From: Muribaculaceae bacterium
GTDB taxonomy: Bacteria; Bacteroidota; Bacteroidia; Bacteroidales; Muribaculaceae
NCBI GenBank assembly: GCA_036661515.1
Contig: JAVWYO010000001.1
Location: 8,691-72,690 of the forward strand
Length of the DNA stretch: 64,000 nt
Direction: 5' to 3'
The notes under the pieces were generated by a model, which was given only the letters and a program-made list of their open reading frames with translations, ran no database searches and was not told where the DNA came from. Made by a program: the position numbers and the translations under genes. Positions 7,945-15,325 of this stretch are shown piece by piece (within the stretch, counting starts at the first letter, position 1; each line of letters begins with the position of its first letter).

Positions 7945-9426
7945 ATGGCAAAAGAGCTTAAGAACCTTACCAAGAGAGCGGATAACTACTCTCAATGGTA
8001 TAATGAGCTTGTGGTAAAAGCTGACTTAGCTGAACAATCAGCTGTGCGTGGATGTATGGTAATCAAACCTTATGGCTATGCTATTTGGGAAAAAATACAA
8101 CGTCAATTAGACGATATGTTTAAGGAAACAGGGCATGTTAATGCCTATTTCCCTCTACTTATCCCTAAATCTTTTCTTAGCAAAGAAGCCGACCACGTAG
8201 AAGGTTTTGCTAAAGAATGTGCCGTAGTAACACACTATCGCCTTAAAAATGCGCCTGATGGAAATGGGGTAGTGGTTGACCCAGAAGCTAAACTTGAAGA
8301 GGAGTTAATCATTCGTCCTACTTCTGAAACTATTATTTGGAACACATATAAAAATTGGATTCAATCATATCGCGATCTTCCTATATTGTGTAACCAATGG
8401 GCTAATGTTTTCCGCTGGGAAATGCGTACGCGCATGTTTTTACGTACGGCTGAATTCCTTTGGCAAGAAGGGCACACAGCTCATGCAACAAAAGACGAAG
8501 CTCTTGAAGAGGCTATAAGAATGTTGAATATATATGCCGAGTTCGCAGAAAAATACATGGCAGTTCCTGTAATTAAAGGTGTCAAATCGGCTAACGAACG
8601 TTTTGCTGGAGCCCTCGATACTTATACTATTGAAGCCATGATGCAAGACGGTAAAGCTCTCCAATCGGGAACATCTCATTTCCTTGGACAAAATTTTGCC
8701 AAGGCGTTTGACGTTAAGTTTATTAATAAAAACAACGAACTTGAATATGTATGGGCTACATCATGGGGCGTTTCTACTCGCTTAATTGGAGCTCTAATAA
8801 TGGCACATTCCGATGATAATGGACTCGTTTTGCCTCCACACTTAGCTCCGATACAGGTAGTGATTATACCAATTTATAAAGATGACACCCAACTTGCAAC
8901 TATCAATGAAAAGGTGTTGCCAATAATGGCAAATCTAAAAAAATTAGGAATAAGCGTCAAGTACGATAATAGTGACAATCGCCGTCCTGGATTTAAATTT
9001 GCTGACTACGAATTAAAGGGAGTCCCTGTTCGCTTAGCAATAGGTGCAAGAGATATCGAGAATGGAACAATAGAGATAATGCGACGTGATACACTTGAAA
9101 AATCATCAGTATCAATAGATAATATCGAACAACAAGTCGCTAACTTACTTGAAGAGATACAACAAAATATCTTCACTAAAGCCCTTAACTTCCGCGAAGC
9201 TCACACTGTAAAAGTTGACACATACGATGAATTTAAGGAAAAAATAGAAGAAGGGTACTTCATATTAGCTCATTGGGATGGCACTACCGAAACCGAAGAA
9301 AAAATAAAGGAAGACACTAAAGCAACCCTTCGTTGTATTCCTTTAGATGGGGATAAAACGCCTGGAAAATGTATTGTAACAGGAAAACCATCAGCTCAAA
9401 GAGTAATATTTGCTCGCAATTATTAG
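7945..9426 (+). CDS. proS: proline-tRNA ligase (archaeal/eukaryote-like short form)
   Basis: 493 aa with class II aaRS motifs [23 protein letters not shown] and [14 protein letters not shown]. Confidence 0.95.
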   Translation: MAKELKNLTKRADNYSQWYNELVVKADLAEQSAVRGCMVIKPYGYAIWEKIQRQLDDMFKETGHVNAYFPLLIPKSFLSKEADHVEGFAKECAVVTHYRLKNAPDGNGVVVDPEAKLEEELIIRPTSETIIWNTYKNWIQSYRDLPILCNQWANVFRWEMRTRMFLRTAEFLWQEGHTAHATKDEALEEAIRMLNIYAEFAEKYMAVPVIKGVKSANERFAGALDTYTIEAMMQDGKALQSGTSHFLGQNFAKAFDVKFINKNNELEYVWATSWGVSTRLIGALIMAHSDDNGLVLPPHLAPIQVVIIPIYKDDTQLATINEKVLPIMANLKKLGISVKYDNSDNRRPGFKFADYELKGVPVRLAIGARDIENGTIEIMRRDTLEKSSVSIDNIEQQVANLLEEIQQNIFTKALNFREAHTVKVDTYDEFKEKIEEGYFILAHWDGTTETEEKIKEDTKATLRCIPLDGDKTPGKCIVTGKPSAQRVIFARNY

Positions 9427-9453
9427 TCTATATAGAATAATACAATTACAATT

Positions 9454-9500
9454 ATAATCAATAACGCACAAGCCACCATGACTTGTGCGTTATTGATTAT
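9454..9500 (+). terminator. hairpin terminator after proS
   Basis: Perfect 19-bp stem, ATAATCAATAACGCACAAG / CTTGTGCGTTATTGATTAT, with a 9-nt loop. It begins 28 nt after the stop codon. Confidence 0.6.
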
Positions 9501-9618
9501 ATGCAAAAATATAAGTAAAAAAGCCTTTCCAACGCCAAATTATAGTCGAATATTGTGTTAAATATGATAATTTTACAAAAATATGCCAGTAAATTTGTTG
9601 GTATATAATAATTATATA

Positions 9619-9626
9619 TATCTTTG
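9619..9626 (+). promoter_or_regulatory. -7 box for the sigma-factor gene
   Basis: TATCTTTG, 132 nt upstream of the ATG. A second box, TAAATTTG, lies at 9590-9597. Confidence 0.4.
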
Positions 9627-9758
9627 CTACAACCAATAAATGTAACATCATATATAATCCTGTTATTTATTGGTCACAAATAACTAATAGTTACGAACTT
9701 AAAAATCAAATTTGCCTATTGACCCTACATTACTCTAATAATAAAAAAATAACTGGTA

Positions 9759-10349
9759 ATGGAAAATTTAATAACTCTTACCGACGAACAGTTGGTTGCG
9801 TTATATGCAAAGGGTGAAAATGAGGCGTTTGATGTTCTTCTTAATCGACATAAGACTCGCATCTATTCCTACATCAATCACATAGTTAAAGATCGTGATT
9901 TATCTGATGATATATTTCAAGAGACTTTTGTTAAGGCTATAACAACTATAAATCAAGGTCGTTATACCGAAAACGGTAAATTCCCTGCTTGGATTTCTCG
10001 GATTGCTCACAATCTTATTATAGATTATTATCGTCAAGAAAAAACTGAAAATAATCAATCTTGTGACAGCGATAATATTGACATTCTTAATCGTAAAGAA
10101 TTAAGTGAAGACACCATTGAAGATATTCTTATATCTTCGCAAATTCAGCAAGATGTAAAACGCTTAGTAATGGCTCTCCCTGATAGTCAACGCGAAGTCG
10201 TAATAATGAGATATTATCGTAATATGAGCTTTAAGGAGATTGCCGACAACACAAATGTTAGTATTAACACCGCTCTTGGACGTATGCGGTATGCAATTCT
10301 TAATATACGTCGCATTGCTGAAGAAAATAATATTATACTCACTGCCTAA
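9759..10349 (+). CDS. sigma-70 family (ECF-type) RNA polymerase sigma factor
   Basis: 196 aa with region 2 (DLSDDIFQETFVKA...AWISRIAHNLIIDYYR) and region 4 (MSFKEIADNTNVSINTALGRMRYA). Confidence 0.85.
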   Translation: MENLITLTDEQLVALYAKGENEAFDVLLNRHKTRIYSYINHIVKDRDLSDDIFQETFVKAITTINQGRYTENGKFPAWISRIAHNLIIDYYRQEKTENNQSCDSDNIDILNRKELSEDTIEDILISSQIQQDVKRLVMALPDSQREVVIMRYYRNMSFKEIADNTNVSINTALGRMRYAILNIRRIAEENNIILTA

Positions 10350-10360
10350 GAAGCTGTAAT

Positions 10361-10390
10361 AAAAAAAAGAAAATTTATTTTCTTTTTTTT
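10361..10390. terminator. A/T-only hairpin after the sigma-factor gene
   Basis: AAAAAAAAGAAAAT-TT-ATTTTCTTTTTTTT, with 14-nt complementary arms that are almost entirely A-T. A weak candidate. Confidence 0.35.
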
Positions 10391-10407
10391 ATTGCTTTCA
10401 TTAGTGT

Positions 10408-10415
10408 TATCTTTG
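10408..10415 (+). promoter_or_regulatory. -7 box for nucleotidyltransferase-galE
   Basis: TATCTTTG, 38 nt upstream of the ATG. Confidence 0.45.
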
Positions 10416-10453
10416 TCATATGATTACTGTATTCAAAAGATTAATTTTTTAAT

Positions 10454-11350
10454 ATGAAACCAACCTTATTAGTTCTTGCTGCTGGCATGGGAAGCCGTTA
10501 TGGTGGCCTCAAGCAATTAGATGCCGTAGGCCCATCTGGTGAAACAATTATGGACTATTCTATATATGATGCAATTAGATGCGGATTTGGAAAGATAGTA
10601 TTTGTTATTCGTCATGATTTTGAAAAAGATTTTCGTGATAAGATACTCCCAAAATATGAAAATCATATCCCTATAGAAGTAGTATTCCAAGATATAACAA
10701 AACTGCCTAACGGTATTAAGCCAAACCCCGAACGCATCAAGCCTTGGGGCACAAACCATGCCGTATTGATGGGTAAAGACATCATAAAAGAACCATTTGC
10801 AGTAATTAATGCTGACGATTTCTATGGCTATGATAGCTTTAAAACATTAGCAGATGCACTGATTAAAATGATTGGTAAGACCAATGAATATTGTATGGTA
10901 GGATTTCGTGTTGGTAATACTCTGTCTGATAGCGGTGATGTCTCGCGCGGAATATGCAACATCACCGACGGCATTCTTTCCACAGTAACGGAAAGACATG
11001 GCATAATGAGACGTGATGGAGATGTATCTTTTATAGAAAACGATGAGATAAATGTAATTGATGATAATACTCTCGTTTCAATGAATATGTGGGGATTTAC
11101 TCCTGATTATTTTGAATATTCAGAGGACTTTTTTATTAAATTCCTTAGTAAAAATGCCAATGAATTGAAAGCCGAATTTTACATCCCGACTATGGTTAAT
11201 GAACTAATAACGTCAGGTAAATCCACAGTGAAAGTATATGACACCTCGTCGTCTTGGTTTGGAGTTACCTATGCCGATGATAAAGAGGTTGTGGTGAAAA
11301 AAATTAGTAATCTTATTAAAAATGGAGAATATCCACAAAAACTATTTTAA
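10454..11350 (+). CDS. sugar-phosphate nucleotidyltransferase-family protein
   Basis: 298 aa with the N-terminal LAAGMGSRYGGLKQ nucleotide-binding signature. It lies directly upstream of galE. Confidence 0.75.
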   Translation: MKPTLLVLAAGMGSRYGGLKQLDAVGPSGETIMDYSIYDAIRCGFGKIVFVIRHDFEKDFRDKILPKYENHIPIEVVFQDITKLPNGIKPNPERIKPWGTNHAVLMGKDIIKEPFAVINADDFYGYDSFKTLADALIKMIGKTNEYCMVGFRVGNTLSDSGDVSRGICNITDGILSTVTERHGIMRRDGDVSFIENDEINVIDDNTLVSMNMWGFTPDYFEYSEDFFIKFLSKNANELKAEFYIPTMVNELITSGKSTVKVYDTSSSWFGVTYADDKEVVVKKISNLIKNGEYPQKLF

Positions 11351-11376
11351 TTGATTTAAACCTAAAACAAATAATA

Positions 11377-12411
11377 ATGAAAACAAAAATATTAGTGACT
11401 GGTGGAACTGGATATATTGGTTCGCATACAGTTGTAGAACTACAAAATGCAGGCTACGATGTAGTAATTATAGATAATTTATCGAATAGTAATAAACAGG
11501 TACTCGATGGAATTGAGAAAATAACTGGTACACGTCCTGTTTTTGTTGAAGCCGATTGCACTGATATTGTTGCTCTACGCAAGCTATTTAACGATAATAA
11601 AGGAATTGCTGGAATTATCAATTTTGCTGCAAGTAAAGCTGTTGGAGAATCAGTAGAAAAGCCAATTCTATACTATCGTAATAATTTGGTAACATTATTA
11701 AATCTACTTGAAGTTATGCCAGAATTTGGCACGAAAGGAATCGTTTTTTCATCATCTTGTACTGTATATGGTGAGCCAGATGAAAATCCAGTTACTGAGA
11801 ATGCTCCAATAAAAAAAGCAACATCACCCTATGGCAACACAAAACAAATTTCTGAAGAAATAATCGCCGACACTATTAATTCAGGAGCACCAATAAAAAG
11901 CATTTTACTTAGATATTTCAATCCAGTTGGAGCACATCCAAGTGCTGAAATTGGAGAATTACCAAACGGAGTTCCACAAAATTTGATTCCGTTCCTAACG
12001 CAGACGGCTATGGGCATTCGCAAAGAAATGAGCGTTTTTGGTAATGATTATAATACTCCCGATGGCTCATGTATTCGTGATTTTATAAATGTAGTTGATC
12101 TTGCTAAAGCACACGTTATAGCAATTAAAAGAATGCTTGAAGATAAGAGCAATGAAAAAATAGAGATATTTAATTTGGGAACAGGTATTGGACTATCAGT
12201 GTTGCAACTTATCAATGCTTTTGAAACGTCAACAGGCGTGAAAGTCCCTTATAAGATTGTAGGCCGTCGTAATGGTGACATAGAAAAAGTGTGGGCAAAT
12301 CCTAAACGTGCTAATGAAGTACTTGGCTGGACGGCATCTACAACAATTGAAGACACTATGCGTTCTGCTTGGAACTGGCAAAATCGACTGAGAGAGCGCC
12401 ACATAATGTAA
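11377..12411 (+). CDS. galE: UDP-glucose 4-epimerase
   Basis: 344 aa with the Rossmann motif VTGGTGYIGSH and catalytic SPYGNTK (YxxxK). Confidence 0.93.
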   Translation: MKTKILVTGGTGYIGSHTVVELQNAGYDVVIIDNLSNSNKQVLDGIEKITGTRPVFVEADCTDIVALRKLFNDNKGIAGIINFAASKAVGESVEKPILYYRNNLVTLLNLLEVMPEFGTKGIVFSSSCTVYGEPDENPVTENAPIKKATSPYGNTKQISEEIIADTINSGAPIKSILLRYFNPVGAHPSAEIGELPNGVPQNLIPFLTQTAMGIRKEMSVFGNDYNTPDGSCIRDFINVVDLAKAHVIAIKRMLEDKSNEKIEIFNLGTGIGLSVLQLINAFETSTGVKVPYKIVGRRNGDIEKVWANPKRANEVLGWTASTTIEDTMRSAWNWQNRLRERHIM

Positions 12412-12435
12412 TCCACAATATTTGATAAATAAATT

Positions 12436-12481
12436 AATCGAGTAGAGAAATAAGATTAACTCTTGTTTCTACTACTCGATT
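12436..12481 (+). terminator. hairpin terminator after galE
   Basis: AATCGAGTAGAGAAA ... TTTCTACTACTCGATT forms a 15-bp stem with one bulge and a 15-nt loop. Confidence 0.5.
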
Positions 12482-12507
12482 GCGGTTTCTAATATAGTAT
12501 TGATAGA

Positions 12508-12565
12508 CCCATAATCAAGGTTCAGCCGAAGATTAATAAACGACCATGCGATAGCCCCATAATCA
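12508..12565. repeat. 10-bp direct repeat CCCATAATCA (12508-12517 and 12556-12565) just downstream of the 132-aa gene
   Basis: Read directly from the sequence; the second copy abuts the stop codon at 12566-12568. Confidence 0.6.
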
Positions 12566-12964
12566 TTATTGATGTAGCATACCTTTAATATTAAGATACT
12601 TATATAATTCCCAGCGAAGGCCATAGTCTCCCATTGAATCATTAATTTCTAAAGTATCCCATCCCATTACAATTAGCTTTCTCACTAATGTTTCATTTGC
12701 TAAAATTACCACACCAACATCTTTCATATCTTTACGTGTGAGTAGTTCTCCTGATAAAATCTTAATCCTTAGCCCTCCTGCCATAAATTTGGAGAATTGA
12801 TGCCTATATTCGCTACTACCTGATGTTATTCTTGCCTCTAATAGCGTTGGCACATGACCCATGATAAACGCGTTTTTTGACTCGTTATTAAATTCACGTA
12901 TGAATCGGTACCGCTCATTGATGTCTTTAAACCATGTAGCGATATTATAAAAGTAACTTAACAT
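12566..12964 (-). CDS. hypothetical soluble protein, 132 aa (no family recognised)
   Basis: ATG ORF 15 nt downstream of the preceding 74-aa gene. It has no TM segment and normal local GC. Confidence 0.6.
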   Translation of the reverse strand: MLSYFYNIATWFKDINERYRFIREFNNESKNAFIMGHVPTLLEARITSGSSEYRHQFSKFMAGGLRIKILSGELLTRKDMKDVGVVILANETLVRKLIVMGWDTLEINDSMGDYGLRWELYKYLNIKGMLHQ

Positions 12965-12979
12965 TATTATAGCATTACG

Positions 12980-13204
12980 TTATTCGTTATTTGTACCGTT
13001 CCATTTATCCTTTTCTTCTTTTTTTTGAGCAATTTTTTTGACCCGCTTGAAGGCATAAATAGAACAAATAACCAAGCCACTACCTATAAGAAGACTTACT
13101 ACCCCTTGGTGTTGAAACTCGGGTGGGGCGCTACTGAATATCATAATAGCTTTAAAAACATTTAACACTCCCAAGATGCCCAATACCCAACCTAAAATTT
13201 TCAT
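12980..13204 (-). CDS. small membrane protein, 74 aa, two TM helices plus a K/E-rich tail
   Basis: Two hydrophobic stretches (ILGWVLGILGVLNVFKAIMIF and VVSLLIGSGLVICSIYAF) are followed by KRVKKIAQKKEEKDK. It lies 18 nt after the paralogous 64-aa ORF. Confidence 0.55.
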   Translation of the reverse strand: MKILGWVLGILGVLNVFKAIMIFSSAPPEFQHQGVVSLLIGSGLVICSIYAFKRVKKIAQKKEEKDKWNGTNNE

Positions 13205-13222
13205 ATGATTTATTTTTATATG

Positions 13223-13417
13223 TTATTCTTTATCTCCATTGTGAAACTCCTTTTTTTCTCTCATCAGCAGATATGCTGGTAGAAAACAGATTAATATCAC
13301 ACTTATTAATCCACCAATTATTGATGGAGCCCCTCCTCTAAAAGTATCTAAAGTAAAAATTTGAAATACCATAACAAATCCAAAAACTAAAAAACACACG
13401 CCAAATGTTCTCTTCAT
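13223..13417 (-). CDS. small membrane protein, 64 aa, two TM helices plus a charged tail
   Basis: Two hydrophobic stretches (FGVCFLVFGFVMVFQIF and IIGGLISVILICFLPAYLL) are followed by MREKKEFHNGDKE. The architecture matches the 74-aa neighbour. Confidence 0.5.
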   Translation of the reverse strand: MKRTFGVCFLVFGFVMVFQIFTLDTFRGGAPSIIGGLISVILICFLPAYLLMREKKEFHNGDKE

Positions 13418-13532
13418 AATAATTAAAATTTATTGTAACATTATCAATAGAATATTTACATCGGAAGATGCAAATACTCTTTCATCAACCTAACGTGTGT
13501 AAAGGTATAATCTATAATAAGATTATTGGGAG

Positions 13533-13551
13533 AATTGCAAGCCTTGCAATT
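13533..13551 (-). terminator. short hairpin between the 373-aa gene and the small-TM genes
   Basis: AATTGCAAG-C-CTTGCAATT starts 7 nt after the 373-aa gene stop. There is no U-tract on the minus strand, so this could be a terminator, attenuator or processing site. Confidence 0.3.
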
Positions 13552-13557
13552 GTATTT

Positions 13558-14679
13558 TTATTTTTCAAATGTAACTAAACTTCGATCAAGAATAATTTTT
13601 TTCTCACGACCTCGGTCGCCAGTTATAATATAATTTGAAGCTAATGAAATATCAAAGACATTAATAAATGCTTCTCTTATGCGAGAGCATTTTTCATTGA
13701 TCGAATTTTTTGTTGGGTCGGTTATGTCGTAAATACTCTTTTCCATCTTGTCAAGTTGTTCTCTATTACTTACAGCAAGGTATATTTTAATTAATTCTGT
13801 TCTATATTCACTAAGATTTTTGAACAGAATGCCATTAGGATATTTTAGGAAAAGCAGATATACCGCTTTTTCCAAAGGATGCAATATTATCTCTTTATCA
13901 TAATCATTAAGAATGATTCTATATTCTTTTGTAATTGTTACTTTACTCAGCTTTTGCTCTATCTGCAAAGCCTTTTTTAAAACCATCTGATTAATTCCTA
14001 TTTGTTGAAGTCTCGCCACTCTTTCTGCTATTTCAGAAATTAATCTTTGGGCTTCTAAACAAAATTTAAAATCAGCGATTTCGTCTCCTTCAGGCTCTTC
14101 AATATCATAGAACACCAGTGGGTCACCTACATATTCAAGATACTTTAATATCTCTTGTTTAATATAATCTTGCTTGATTGATACACATTCATAATAGCTA
14201 AATATAAACGATAAATCGGTTTCCGATTTATATCTAATAAACCCCGCTTTTAGACTGCCGCCATAAATAATGTATTTGAATAAATCGCTATATTTAAGAA
14301 TATTAGTGTCGTCATACGTTATATCTTCAATTTTGAGATGAGCAAAAAAATAAGATAGCTTTTCAATAGTAATTTCACTATTAATTTTAGGTAAGAATAT
14401 TAATTTGTATCCTCTACGTCCAAATACCGTAGATAAATAATTGATGTTTTTTGAAATAAACCTATTAAGCGGTTCATTATAGCTATCCTCGACATAAATT
14501 ATTTGTTTTGAGCACGGAGTAAAAGGTAAATCTTTTGAGAAAGATATTCGCGTTGCTGCATGTAAAGCCCGCTCAATTTTTTGAATATTCTTCTTTTTCC
14601 TATTCTTTTTTACTGAAATTATAAAATAAAGAATAGCTATTGTAAATATTACTAATGAGATAACGTAAAAAGTAGTCAT
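13558..14679 (-). CDS. membrane-anchored hypothetical protein, 373 aa, with a possible C-terminal HTH-like region
   Basis: It has an N-terminal TM (FYVISLVIFTIAILYFIISV) followed by KKNRKKK. The C-terminal segment LHPLEKAVYLLFLKYPNGILFKNLSEY...NSINEKCSRIREAF resembles LuxR/sigma-region-4 helices at pattern level only. It lies 12 nt after the lipoprotein gene. Confidence 0.65.
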   Translation of the reverse strand: MTTFYVISLVIFTIAILYFIISVKKNRKKKNIQKIERALHAATRISFSKDLPFTPCSKQIIYVEDSYNEPLNRFISKNINYLSTVFGRRGYKLIFLPKINSEITIEKLSYFFAHLKIEDITYDDTNILKYSDLFKYIIYGGSLKAGFIRYKSETDLSFIFSYYECVSIKQDYIKQEILKYLEYVGDPLVFYDIEEPEGDEIADFKFCLEAQRLISEIAERVARLQQIGINQMVLKKALQIEQKLSKVTITKEYRIILNDYDKEIILHPLEKAVYLLFLKYPNGILFKNLSEYRTELIKIYLAVSNREQLDKMEKSIYDITDPTKNSINEKCSRIREAFINVFDISLASNYIITGDRGREKKIILDRSLVTFEK

Positions 14680-14691
14680 AAATGTAATTTA

Positions 14692-15048
14692 TTATTTTGC
14701 TGGTTTATCTGGAGTTTCAGTAACATGCTCTGTGGAAACATTAACCTTGCATTCAGCTTCCAATCCCATACACACCGCTTTAATTATTGTAGTCCCTGCC
14801 GAAATTCCCTTAACCAGTCCATTACCCGATACCGTTGCAATATTAATATTTTCGCTACTCCAGTTTAGTTTCACGCTATCGGCCCCTTCATAATTGATTC
14901 CAGCATATATTTGTTTCCCTTCACCTATCTTAATGCTAAGGGTAGTGGGATTAATCTTCACAGATATAACCTTCAATTCACTGCTACAACTACCAAAGAT
15001 AGAACACAGCATTGCAATAACACATATACTTGTCAAAATATGTCTCAT
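14692..15048 (-). CDS. Big_2 (bacterial Ig-like) domain lipoprotein, 118 aa
   Basis: It has a lipoprotein signal with a lipobox (IFGSC at Cys21) and the Big_2 hallmark NIATVSGNGLVKGISAGTTIIKA. Confidence 0.75.
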   Translation of the reverse strand: MRHILTSICVIAMLCSIFGSCSSELKVISVKINPTTLSIKIGEGKQIYAGINYEGADSVKLNWSSENINIATVSGNGLVKGISAGTTIIKAVCMGLEAECKVNVSTEHVTETPDKPAK

Positions 15049-15070
15049 ATATTTATTTTTTATTCCATCA

Positions 15071-15078
15071 CAAACTTA
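15071..15078 (-). promoter_or_regulatory. -7 box for the orphan cassette
   Basis: Minus-strand TAAGTTTG, 22 nt upstream of the Big_2 lipoprotein ATG. Confidence 0.45.
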
Positions 15079-15239
15079 CACAAAAAATACCAATCTCTAA
15101 AAAATATTATTTGCCACTAAATCATTTATTTTCGTACAAATATCAGTAAAGCAGTCCTGTTTTGTAATAATTATTATTCCTATTTTATCCAAAGCACAAA
15201 AAATATTGTGCTAAATTTGTTATTAGCCATGATTAAATG

Positions 15240-15247
15240 TAATTTTG
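15240..15247 (+). promoter_or_regulatory. -7 box for tig
   Basis: TAATTTTG, 78 nt upstream of the ATG. A second box, TAAATTTG, lies at 15212-15219. Confidence 0.4.
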
Positions 15248-15325
15248 CAGTCCCAAAAGTGTGTAAACTTTGTTTGGGGATAATTTATTATAAGAGTAAT
15301 AATAACAAATAATATATTCTACGAA

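Noticed and set aside
8423-8429. Extra TGCGTAC heptamers at 8423-8429 (in proS) and 58924-58930 (in the aminotransferase gene).
   Set aside because: They are single copies inside coding sequence, without the CAAAAAAGGG head or tandem structure, so they are coincidental.
14894-15120. Two overlapping plus-strand ORFs (68 and 69 aa) over the Big_2 gene start and its promoter.
   Set aside because: They are antisense to the lipoprotein gene and run through the intergenic promoter. They have no support.
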